Origin: Cladosporium halotolerans
Lineage: Eukaryota
NCBI RefSeq assembly: GCF_011745625.1
Contig: NW_027191478.1
Coordinates: 248,001-312,000, forward strand
Length of the DNA: 64,000 bases
Direction of reading: 5' to 3'
A program made the position numbers and the translations under genes. The notes below the pieces were generated by a model. It worked only from the letters and a program-made list of their open reading frames with translations, was not told where the DNA came from and made no database searches. Each line of letters opens with the position of its first letter. Positions within the stretch are counted from its first letter, which is position 1. Shown in pieces: positions 34,089 through 44,119 of this stretch.

Positions 34089-37000
34089 TCACATCCCCAT
34101 CGCACCCGTCGCACAAGCCATCTCCGCCGGACACGTCGTCGGCGTCGCCGTCGTCCACACAGTCGTGTACGCCGTCCTCCTGTTCGCGCAAACCGTCACA
34201 GTCTGCACCGGCGGCGGGCCCGAGACCTTGTACGCCGCAACGCCGCCGGGCGAACTGCTGGTGCCAGTGACCGAGCTGAGCAGCTGGCACTCGGTGGCTC
34301 CAGCCGCGAGCGAGACGGCGACGCAGGCCGGCGCGGCGTCGCAGAGCGCGAGGCAGGACTGGATCGTCGGCGCGTCGTAGCTGGCTTGGCGCTTGTAGGA
34401 GCCGGGCGGGGGAGTGTAGGGCGTGCCGGTCAGGGTCGTGTCGCAGGCGATGTTGTAGGTTGCGCCTTGGGCGTCGGTGTAGGGGGCGTTGTTGTAGGTT
34501 GGGCAGAGGGGCGGGAGAGGGCTTGGGGAGGCGGATGGGGTGGTGGTGGAGCTGCCGCCGTAGGGGGGTGGTTGGCTGGGACGCGTGGTGCCGTAGGGCG
34601 GGGGGCCACCTGATGTTGGGATGGTGGTGGTCGAGCGCCTGCTGGTGGTTGTCATGCTGTTCGAGTAGCCGGGGGGAGAGGAGGGAGACATGTCTGGGTT
34701 GGTGTACGGCGGCGGCATTGGGGTCGAGGAGCCCGATGGTGGGGCTCCGGGGGTGGTGTACTGTCCTGGTTGTGAGGCTGAGCTCGAGCTGGCCATCGAC
34801 GACATTCTCGATGAACTTCCGCCGTAAGGAGGGTTGACAGGTGGATTGGAGGTAGAGCTGGTCATGGAAGGCGTCGACATTGCTGGCGAGGAGCCTGGGC
34901 TACCACTCATCGACGTTGTCATCCTGGATGATGTGCTTGAGCCGCCGTAAACGGGAGGCTGTGTTGGAGTTGTAGTAGCCGACACCGACGGTCGTGGAGC
35001 TGTGTAGACGGTGGTGACATCTGGCGGCCTCGAGGCGGCGACAGCGGGTGGGCCTGTTGTGACCTCTGTGGTGCCAGTCACCTCGCTGAACAACGTGCAG
35101 TCATCTCCGACATAGTTTGCAGCAACACAATCCGGTTCCAAGTTACAAAGCAGCAGACATTCGTTGACGTTCGACGTTACTGCTCTCTTCGACACTTTTC
35201 CGACGTACTGCTTAGAGCCATATGTCGTGTTGTACGTGTTGCCATACGGATCTTGGCACAGCGTGCCACCGGAAGCGGCAGAGACAGTCGAGATATCGCT
35301 TCCAGCGCCGCACGTGGGTATCGGGCTAGCCTCATCAGAGCTGAAGGTGCTGACGCTGACAAAGGTAGGCTGCTCCACGGTTGTCATGGGCCCGCCGCTG
35401 GTGGAGACGGGCGGGCTGCTGGTGGAAGAGCTGGAAGCGCCTGCGGAGGAGACTGCAACAGACGTCGAAGCTGCACTGCTTGTGCCAAACGGAGGTTGCT
35501 CGGTCGTCGGGCGCATGGAAGATGGCGCCGGGGGCTGCGAGGTAGAGCTGCTCGCGGAGCTACCGATTGATGTGAGACCAGTCGTCAAAGCGCTCGTGCT
35601 GGATGGCGGACTTGGCATCGAGCTGCTTGGAGAGCTCGTCATCACGACAGGTGATGTGCTGCTCAAAGACGACGCCGAAGTAGAAGACGTTGCGACGAGA
35701 GATGTGCTCGAAGCAGGAGGTGCACCGCTGGATGAGCTTGAAGAAGTCGTGGTACCAGGCGGAGGCATGGTCTGCGTAGTGCTCGATTGCATGCTCGAAG
35801 ACGGTGCTGGCGGGCTGCTCGGAGGACTACTTGTACTGGCTCCAGATGAGCTTGACGACGTTGTTGAGGAGGACATAGTGGTGCTGCGGCTAGTGCTAGA
35901 AATGACACTCGTGGCGCTAGACTGCGACGGAGTCGACGATGGTGTCGTGCCCGTCGTCGAAGTCCTGGTCGTGCTCGAGGTCGTCATAACGTTGCCTGCA
36001 TAGTTTGACAAGCGAATTGCCGCAACAAGGGTCTGATCATAGGTCTCTCCGGTAAAGTCTTGTGGAGTATCTTTTTCCTTGAGCTGACATTGGCCTCCAC
36101 CAACACCGTTCGGGCCGCCGAAGAAAACGAATCCTGTGCAGGCGGAAACGCCCGGGACTCCGGCCGGGTATTCATTACAGAATTCGAAGCAGTCGTTGAA
36201 TGTATCCTCAGGTCGCTGATCGAAGATGCCACCGTCAGTGTTGCGCCCACATTGTAGAATGTAAGCATTTCCCTCCTGGTCAGTCACTTGCTGGCCTGAA
36301 TTGGCAGGACAAGCGTAGGGGAACGCGGTCGGGGTCTCCGCCATGGCCGAAGTGGTCGAAGACGATGCTGCGGTTGAGGTTGATGACGTTGTTGTCGTAT
36401 CCATATCTTCTGGTTCAGTAGCAGTGGTACTAGACCCCAACGTGGTAGACTCGTCGTCATCAGGTTCGGAGGATGTGCTTGACGACATTGTTGTCGTCGA
36501 CATCGTTGTTGAAGATGTTGTGGGCGTCATCATTGTGGACATAGAGCTCGATGAGCTTGTAGTGGTTGTCCTCGTGGACGTTGAGCTTGATGTCGACGTT
36601 GTGGATGGCGTTGTAGAAGTCATCATTGTGGACGTTGTCGATGACGTGGTCGAAGTCGTAGTCACGTTGTTGCCTGTGTAGAACCGGATATCGATGAGCG
36701 CCACAATTGAGCTGTCATACGTGCCGGTGAAATCTACACTCTCCCCTTCATGGAGCTGGCAAAAGCGATCGCCAACGGGACCAAGGAAAACAACACTCGT
36801 GCATGTAAAGATCCCGACAAATTCGCTGCACCTTACCATGCAGTCATTGAAAGTTTCTGCTCCGAATGATGTGTCGAAGATGCCCCCAGCCGTATTGCGA
36901 CCGCAGCCGAGTATGTATGACTGGCCTCCAGGCACGGTGACTATTTGTCCGTCGTTCTCTGGACACGAATACGGGAAAGCAGTAGGAGTCGGTTCCATCA

Positions 37001-40000
37001 TACCAGTAGTCGACGATCCCGTGTTGCTCGTGGTGCTATCAGTCATGGTGTCGGCCTCCTCTGAAGTCGTGGATGAAGTTTCATCGTCCAATTCAGATGT
37101 TGTAGTAGTCATCCCTGTTGTAGTCATCGATGTTGTGCCGGAGCTGCTGCTTGAAGTCGTACTCATCATAGATGAGCTCGAGCTGGAGCTAGGTCTCACC
37201 ACAGTATCTGGATCGACGGGTCCCGCGGACCAAACGACAGCTCCATCTGGTTGAGCAATGAGAGTGTCATTTGGACTCTTGTAGTAACAGTATTGTTCCT
37301 CTTGCCCTGAGACTACCCAAGACACGCCGAAACAATCATCCTCGTCGAACTCGCACTGTTCAATGCAGTCTTCCAGACTCGTAGCTATGAATCTCATGCT
37401 ATTATTCAATGAGAAATACTCCTGGTAGCAATATACCTGGTATTCTTTTTCGAGCACTGGGGTGACATAAACCTGGTTGTCGTTGTCAGGGCAATTCAGC
37501 ATTGGAGTCGGCATAGACGTTGAGCTGCTCGTGGAAACTGAGCTTTGGGAAGTCGACGAGCTGGTAGGAGTAGATGTGGAGCTAGAAGACGTCGTCGAGG
37601 CCGTCGTTGAGGCCGTTGTAGAAGCAGGGGAAGTTGTGCTAGTGGACGTCGTCATAGTGGTTGAGCTCGAAGATGAGGTAGTGGACGAACTCATCACCGG
37701 TGCGTTTGGATTGTTCCACCGATAGAAGAAGTCCATCACGTACGGCCGAATGTTGATCGGTGTGCTGGTCGGATAGGCATGGCCAAAGTTTTCGAGACGG
37801 AAATGCTGGATCCTACCACCTCCCCATTGAACTTGAGTGACATCCGTCGCGAGGTTCGTGGTGACGTTGTTCGTCGATAGACCTTGCCGAATAGCCCAAT
37901 TGTTCAACCAGTGCGGGATAGTCGGCAGGGTTCTCCCTCTCCGTTCGCCGCCCCAATAGCCGATTGTACCATCGGTGGTGCCATGTGTTTCGAAAATGGC
38001 GAGGTCGTTCCTCCCAGGACTGCACTGTTGCTGAACCGGTGTATTCGTATCCACAGTATACGGGTCGGCATTAGAGGATGAAGTGTAGAAGGCGCCCGCG
38101 TTGGGCGCAATTGCGGCGAATATCAGACTGAGCTCGGGATCACAAGCGATGACGCCGCAGAAGCCACCACCGTTGCTGTGTCCAGCCGCGAAAACGCGTG
38201 TCCGATCAATACAGAACGTGTTCTTCATCAAGGCGACTAGCTCTTTCATGAACTCTCTGTCACGAACGTTGGGGTTAGGTGACCCGGGAACGCCGTATTC
38301 CGGATTTGATTCCCAACCAGTGTCAGTCCCTGATCCTTGGGCGTACACAACGATAGCATAAGGATTGAGACCAGGATCGTTAAATCCAAGCTGAGATTCG
38401 ATGTCCGCTGATGTACCATACTGCCCATGAAAGCCGATGATGAGCGGCGAGGCTTTGTTGATGTCGTAGTACTGCGGAATGTGGATCAGGAAGGTCCTTG
38501 TGAACCCATCTGCTGTCGTCCTCATGCTAAACTGGACACTCGGTCCATTGGCAGTGAGGTTAGACGGGAGCGGTTGCCCACAACCTCCGCCTGCGCTTGT
38601 TACTGGCGCAACGTAGTTCGGGTTTGGAGGGACGTAGCGGACCAATGCTCCAAGATTGGCATTGTTAGATGTCCTCACGCCTGTGAAACTAGTCTTCATG
38701 TAGCAAGTCCCATCATAAGTCGCCGCCTTGCATCCTGGGAAAGCATCACATTTTTGCATGCATTCATGAATGTTGGCAGCCTGAGTACCAGTGGCTTGAG
38801 AGGGATCAGTATCCCTACCGCAATAGACAGTATAATTGGACCCGCAAGCATCAGTGAAATCGCCGATGAGCCCTCGTCCAGGATTTCCTGTATCTGAACA
38901 GCGGAAGGTGGCCAGTGATGATGGAGTTGGTGTACCTGTGCAGGGGCCAGCAGTAGTCGTGGATGTAGTTGATGTTGTGGATCTCGTGGTTGTCGACGAT
39001 GCGGGCGAAGTTGTAGATGTGGTCGATGTGGCTGATGTGGCTGACGTGGTCGAAGTAGTGGAGGACGTCGAAGATGAGGATGTGGTCGACGTGGTCGAAG
39101 TAGTGAACGTCAGTGAAGTAGTGGAGGACGTCGAAGAGGCTGACGTGGTGGTTGTAGTGGAAGTGGTCGATGTGGTTGACGAGGGTGACGTGGCTGATGT
39201 AGTTGACGTAGTTGTGTCCGACGTCGTGGAAGAGGCGGTTGTGGACGACGTGGTAGACGTAGTGGTCGACGTGGTCGATGTGGTGGAAGTTGTCGAAGTT
39301 GTGGTTGTCTGCGACGTCGTAGATGTCGTCGAACTAGAAACCGTGGTGCTAGAGTGTGTGGTCGTGGAGAGACTTGTGATTCTCGACATAAAGTGGAATC
39401 TGGCTGGGCCGGTTCCGTTGACGATTCGGTTTGATGTTGATCTCAGTTCACAGACACCAGCTCCGGCTTGCACACCTTCCTGCGAATCTTGCCGCTCATC
39501 AAAGTTTGCAGGGGAATACTCGTACCGGAAAGAGTGACAGTTCGTCGCACTGTTGCACCGTTGGATACAGGTGAGCATATCAACCTGTCCTGTAAAAGAG
39601 CTCGGTGTCGCCAGAGTGGTTTCAACAATGTCTCTTTCGCATATGACCTCCCAGGCATCGCCCCTGATGTCTATGAAGGTGTCGTTGGCGTAACCTTGAC
39701 ACTGTGGAAAGTCATTCAGGCATGGCACTACTGTCAATGGGAAAAGGGCCATACTTACAGGGAGAGAATTGTTGCCCCGACCGGCTACGATCAGATGAGC
39801 ACTCGCATAGGTCGTAGAACCACCCGCCGTATATTCGCCCTTATCGGTACGGTATTGGCATGAACCTGAGCCGGTGGTAGGACTTGTTTGACCAGAGCCG
39901 GAGGAGATGTACGTGAAGGCAGTGCAGCCAGGTCGCCTAGCACAGCCCTTGACACAGCCGTAGTAGCCTTGGCCATTGGTCAAGCTGTTCCATCCGAGAG

Positions 40001-40220
40001 GACCGGTATGTGCTTGCCCACATCTGGTTTCCCAGACGTTGTTGAATCTGTCGGTGTATCTGCCCCCATTTGCAGCAGTATCATTGCTACCGGCTGAACA
40101 AGTGGGTGCGGGTACCCAGGTATTGGTTGGCGTGGACGTCTGAGCCCACGCTGGAAGAAAGTTGTAGGCTAATAGCACAAGCGCGAGGCCGGCCCTCGAA
40201 ACGAGCGTCGAAGACCGCAT
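34089..40220 (-). CDS. Very large secreted Ser/Thr-rich protein with ~8 PAN/apple-like domains and a CE1-type (feruloyl esterase/LpqC-like) alpha/beta-hydrolase; intron 39702-39758
   Basis: Signal peptide MRSSTLVSRAGLALVLLAYNFLPAWA; repeated C..YxxxC..CxxxC..C..C modules; esterase motifs PLIIGFHG, IDRTRVFAAGHSNGGG, HGTTD, FGHAYP. Confidence 0.88.
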   Translation of the reverse strand: MRSSTLVSRAGLALVLLAYNFLPAWAQTSTPTNTWVPAPTCSAGSNDTAANGGRYTDRFNNVWETRCGQAHTGPLGWNSLTNGQGYYGCVKGCARRPGCTAFTYISSGSGQTSPTTGSGSCQYRTDKGEYTAGGSTTYASAHLIVAGRGNNSLPVSMALFPLTVVPCLNDFPQCQGYANDTFIDIRGDAWEVICERDIVETTLATPSSFTGQVDMLTCIQRCNSATNCHSFRYEYSPANFDERQDSQEGVQAGAGVCELRSTSNRIVNGTGPARFHFMSRITSLSTTTHSSTTVSSSTTSTTSQTTTTSTTSTTSTTSTTTSTTSSTTASSTTSDTTTSTTSATSPSSTTSTTSTTTTTSASSTSSTTSLTFTTSTTSTTSSSSTSSTTSTTSATSATSTTSTTSPASSTTTRSTTSTTSTTTAGPCTGTPTPSSLATFRCSDTGNPGRGLIGDFTDACGSNYTVYCGRDTDPSQATGTQAANIHECMQKCDAFPGCKAATYDGTCYMKTSFTGVRTSNNANLGALVRYVPPNPNYVAPVTSAGGGCGQPLPSNLTANGPSVQFSMRTTADGFTRTFLIHIPQYYDINKASPLIIGFHGQYGTSADIESQLGFNDPGLNPYAIVVYAQGSGTDTGWESNPEYGVPGSPNPNVRDREFMKELVALMKNTFCIDRTRVFAAGHSNGGGFCGVIACDPELSLIFAAIAPNAGAFYTSSSNADPYTVDTNTPVQQQCSPGRNDLAIFETHGTTDGTIGYWGGERRGRTLPTIPHWLNNWAIRQGLSTNNVTTNLATDVTQVQWGGGRIQHFRLENFGHAYPTSTPINIRPYVMDFFYRWNNPNAPVMSSSTTSSSSSTTMTTSTSTTSPASTTASTTASTTSSSSTSTPTSSSTSQSSVSTSSSTSMPTPMLNCPDNDNQVYVTPVLEKEYQVYCYQEYFSLNNSMRFIATSLEDCIEQCEFDEDDCFGVSWVVSGQEEQYCYYKSPNDTLIAQPDGAVVWSAGPVDPDTVVRPSSSSSSSMMSTTSSSSSGTTSMTTTGMTTTTSELDDETSSTTSEEADTMTDSTTSNTGSSTTGMMEPTPTAFPYSCPENDGQIVTVPGGQSYILGCGRNTAGGIFDTSFGAETFNDCMVRCSEFVGIFTCTSVVFLGPVGDRFCQLHEGESVDFTGTYDSSIVALIDIRFYTGNNVTTTSTTSSTTSTMMTSTTPSTTSTSSSTSTRTTTTSSSSSMSTMMTPTTSSTTMSTTTMSSSTSSEPDDDESTTLGSSTTATEPEDMDTTTTSSTSTAASSSTTSAMAETPTAFPYACPANSGQQVTDQEGNAYILQCGRNTDGGIFDQRPEDTFNDCFEFCNEYPAGVPGVSACTGFVFFGGPNGVGGGQCQLKEKDTPQDFTGETYDQTLVAAIRLSNYAGNVMTTSSTTRTSTTGTTPSSTPSQSSATSVISSTSRSTTMSSSTTSSSSSGASTSSPPSSPPAPSSSMQSSTTQTMPPPGTTTSSSSSSGAPPASSTSLVATSSTSASSLSSTSPVVMTSSPSSSMPSPPSSTSALTTGLTSIGSSASSSTSQPPAPSSMRPTTEQPPFGTSSAASTSVAVSSAGASSSSTSSPPVSTSGGPMTTVEQPTFVSVSTFSSDEASPIPTCGAGSDISTVSAASGGTLCQDPYGNTYNTTYGSKQYVGKVSKRAVTSNVNECLLLCNLEPDCVAANYVGDDCTLFSEVTGTTEVTTGPPAVAASRPPDVTTVYTAPRPSVSATTTPTQPPVYGGSSTSSRMTTSMSGSPGSSPAMSTPSMTSSTSNPPVNPPYGGSSSRMSSMASSSSASQPGQYTTPGAPPSGSSTPMPPPYTNPDMSPSSPPGYSNSMTTTSRRSTTTIPTSGGPPPYGTTRPSQPPPYGGSSTTTPSASPSPLPPLCPTYNNAPYTDAQGATYNIACDTTLTGTPYTPPPGSYKRQASYDAPTIQSCLALCDAAPACVAVSLAAGATECQLLSSVTGTSSSPGGVAAYKVSGPPPVQTVTVCANRRTAYTTVWTTATPTTCPAEMACATGAMGM

Positions 40221-41008
40221 CACGAAATGCGTGGAACAAGTGACAGTGGTTTGAATGAGGACAGCAGTGCAGGGGGAGGCGAAATGGAAGACATAGCGAG
40301 ACCTACTGGAGCGCGAACTGGGCCTTCGCGCCGTGTCAACACGCGGTGCATTCCAGTCATTTCGTTCCCGTGGCACCGACGCTATGGCAGCAATCCAGTG
40401 GTAGTCGACAAATGAGCATGCCCAACCCACCCCACTGTTCTAGACTGGGACTCGGGAAGCAATACAAGGGATGGGCGTAGTTTTCCCCTTGATATGTCGT
40501 TTCTCGCAGGAGTGAAGGGATTCCCGACCTTCGACGCAGTCTAAGTAATCGTCCTTTCCCTCGCCTGATGCTGGTCCGCGCCATCTTGGTCCATAGCTGC
40601 GATGGTCGCGCATGACGTTTGGTCGGGAAAGAGAGGTTCGAATCTCTCGAATCCAACGTGTGGACGATTTCGATGGTTTTGGATCGAAGCGCGTCTGCAG
40701 GGATGTTGTTGGATCCCGCGTCAACTGGTGCCCGGTTGCTGGTGGCTGGCCCGGATGCTCCCGCGGCATGGCGCTGGCTACATACATGTGTCTTTTCGTC
40801 GCGGTCGATGTGGGGGAAAGCACGAGGTGTTCTGTACAAGCATACGCTTAGTTTGCTCATTAGCGACATACGAGAAAGGAGGGACTGTTGCCCCCTCAGA
40901 GTGGTATCTACGTAAACATACATCTCGAGAAGCTGCTTTTGCAACAGCGCGCCATCCTCAGAAAAGCAAATCTTCTCGAACCATGAAAAGGCGCCAACTG
41001 CTCAAAAG

Positions 41009-43746
41009 CTAAGGCATATCAGCCCACTCGTCCTCCAGGAACGCCTTCTCGTAGTCCTCCGCCTTCAACCCCTTTTTCTTCGTTGCGCCATCGCCCTTGG
41101 CGACCTTCCCGCCCTCAAGCTCAACCCTCGCGAGGTTCGAGTAGAAGTTGCCAACCTTCTCGTGAGCGTTCACCTTCTTTGGATCAAAGCGAAGCACCTG
41201 TAAGCCAGCCATACTCGTCGCACGCGAGAGTGCAACGTAAGCCTGACCCTTCTCGAAAACCTTCCCAAGATCGACCTTGACACGCTCAAGCGTCTGGCCC
41301 TGAGCCTTGTGGATGCTGAGAGCCCATGCAAGAATGAGCGGGACCTGCGAACGGGAGGCCTGCACCTCACCGTTAGGAAGCTCGACCTTCCAGCTTTCGG
41401 GTTGGCAGAGCAGATCTCTCGAGGTCCCGTCGGCAATGGTGAAGCGGACGAGCGGAAACTTGCGTTGAGTCGTCAGGTTGTCGGTCAGACGCTTGCGCGC
41501 CAGCTCCTCTTTAGACAGAGCGCTGGCAGGCATTTGGCTGGCGAGCATGCCGTCGGTAGCCTGTGAGTATGCTTCTTCGTTGATGCAGTACTTGTCGAAT
41601 TCGCCTTCGTCCATGAAGCCGATCACGCGACCGATCGAGCCGTTGACTAGGCTCTCGTCGATGTTCTTGATGAGCATGACCTGAGCACCTTTCTTCAAGG
41701 TGATGGTCTCCGGCGCCATACAGTTCGAAAGTAGCTTGTCGCGCTGAACTTTGTCCACGATAGTGCCGCCGTCTCTTGCTTCGAATATCTCAACATTGCC
41801 TTGCAAATTGACTAGGCGATCTGCGTTCGCTTTCTCAACCTCTGAACGCAGCGCAAAAAGTTCCGTCGCATCGAGGTCGTCATCGAAGTTCAGCGGCCGA
41901 CTTAGGCTGCGGAATGTGTTGATTGAAGATTGCGAGAGTCTACCTTCTCTCATTTCATTAAGCATTCCTGCAAAGACTGCAAAATGGTCAGCATGGATCC
42001 TCCGATGAAAATATCAGAACACATACCTGGATCCTTCTGTCTGAAGACGTGATGCAATCCTATTGTAAACTCAACAGCAGTAGGCCATGTTCCCGCATCG
42101 AAAGCAAATTGTGCGACCTTGCCCTTATCGGGCACAGGCGGTAATTGGAAGAAGTCGCCAGTGATGACAAGCTGGATGCCTCCGAAGGGGCGACCGTTAT
42201 TGCGCAATTGTCTTGCGATAGACTCCAGCTTGTCGAAGAGTTCGCCGTCGACCATCGAAACTTCATCAATGACTAGCACTTTCGTCCTCATCCATCTGTG
42301 TTTGGCTTTCTGGTTCCTCTTGATCTTCTTGACAAGCTCCGCAACTGGCTCTTTGCCCAGTCCGATACCAGCGAAACTGTGAAGCGTGACACCACCAACG
42401 TTGCAAGCAGCAAGACCAGTCGACGCAGTGACAGCAATACGGTCAGGCTCCCGAGCGTACTTCTTGCGTAATGATGTGATAATCTCCCGGAGCAGGACTG
42501 ATTTACCAGTACCGGCAGAACCAGTGAAGAAGACGCTCTTCTTCTTCTCAACCACCAAGTCCAAAACGTGCTGCTGCTCCTCGCTGAGGAAGACCCGAGC
42601 TACTTGTTTGCGCTTGCTCTTTGCCTTCTGAATGCTCTCCTCTGTGCCGTCGTTCTTTTTAACTGCCTTCTTAACCTCTTCCCGATGCTTTCTTTGTTGG
42701 TCTTTGACGGCGCTGGCAGTTGTGTTCCAGGGAAACTGGGACTTCTTGTTTGCTTTCGGTGCCGGGGTCGCAAAGCCTGCTGAGACACCCTTCGACGTAT
42801 GGCTAGTAGCATGCTCAGACGTGCCTCGATCTTCCTCGGTCTCTTCGAGCCAAGGTATCGTTCTCCGCTTGAAAGGTCGAGGCTGGGGTGGTCCATTCTG
42901 TTGTGCTTGTACGCTCTGTTCTCGTCCGGGGGCAGGCTGCCGCACAGGAGAGGGGATTCGGGCTGGCTGAAAGTGCTCCAACGGCGAAGAAGACCAGGGT
43001 AAAGGATTGCTACTCGCAGGCATGTGCTCCTTCGATGTCGGTTCCACAGACCCATAACCCGAATCCTGATATCCAGTCCGCGCTTGCTGCTGCCTGGGGA
43101 GCGTGGGATACACGATAGGCTTGGGCAAAGGCGCCGCTGAAGACTGCTTTGGCAGTTGGGGATAGTTTACTGTGGTTTTCGACTTGGGCTCCTCCACGTC
43201 CAGATCAATATCGCTGTCAAAGTCATCCTCCCCAAACAGATCCGTGGCTGGGATCTTCGCCGGCGAATCTCCACTCACTACTATCGGCTTGTTTTGCGAC
43301 CCGCGCTCATCCTCGAATGATTCATCGAAAGCTTTGGCGAACCCGCTCGCTGTTCTCTTTATCCCGCTATTCTGCCTCGGTGGCGGCGCTCTCATCTGGT
43401 TGAAGGCGGATGACGGACTCGGTCGGAGAGCATTTTGAAAGCCAGCACTAATCGATTTTGAGGGCGGAGGCTTCGTAGGCTGCGACTGTGTGGGCGAGCT
43501 GGATGGGAAAAGAGATTGAGACAGGGTCTTGCCGAGCACGGTTTGCTGCGCTTGGTTCTCCTGCTCGTGCCTATTGGCAGCTGCGCGTAACATGGTAAGA
43601 CGCGAGTATGATCGTCTGGAGTCGGCCGGTGCGATTTGTCGGAAAGGCGATGAGACCCGCCCGTGCGGGCGAGGAGAGTTGCTGGGTCCTGCTGCTGCAG
43701 AGGCGAGTCGCGAGGTTGCCTTGCCGGTCGGTCGGCGGACGAGCAT
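41009..43746 (-). CDS. PIF1: ATP-dependent DNA helicase Pif1; intron 41977-42026; two in-frame ATGs (43746, 43593)
   Basis: [88 protein letters not shown]. Confidence 0.97.
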
Positions 43747-43858
43747 ACAGTGGACGATGTAGACGGTGATCAAAAGGCCACCTAATACAAGCAAAGGCGA
43801 GAGAGAAAAGGCGGAAAGAAGGGAATGGGCGTTGCGGGCGTCACAGGCCATGCATGGC

Positions 43859-43903
43859 ACGCGAATGCAGAGGGGCAACTTTCGATGATGGACGCGCGAC
43901 GCG
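43859..43903. promoter_or_regulatory. Cluster of three ACGCG (MCB-core) motifs upstream of PIF1
   Basis: ACGCG at 43859, 43892 and 43899, 110-160 bp upstream of the first ATG of a DNA-replication/repair gene. Confidence 0.5.
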
Positions 43904-44119
43904 AAGTTGGCGCCTCGCGGAACCTCGGGCCTTGGCATTCACGTCGACGCCTCCTGCATCAGATACCTTACTATTTATATGTTTGATCGTATCTCTACAT
44001 CGTTGGTAAAGCACCACATCGTCTTGCTTTCTCTACAACTTCTCCATGTTCAAAGTCGGAATTGTCTCTTCAAGCTATGAGACTGACAGAGGTTTTTTCT
44101 CAGCAACTGAGCGCTATGG

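Noticed and set aside
35164..39537. Plus-strand V/D/E-rich ORFs (e.g. 35164-36003, 38836-39537)
   Set aside because: Antisense shadows of the Ser/Thr codon repeats of the minus-strand mucin gene.
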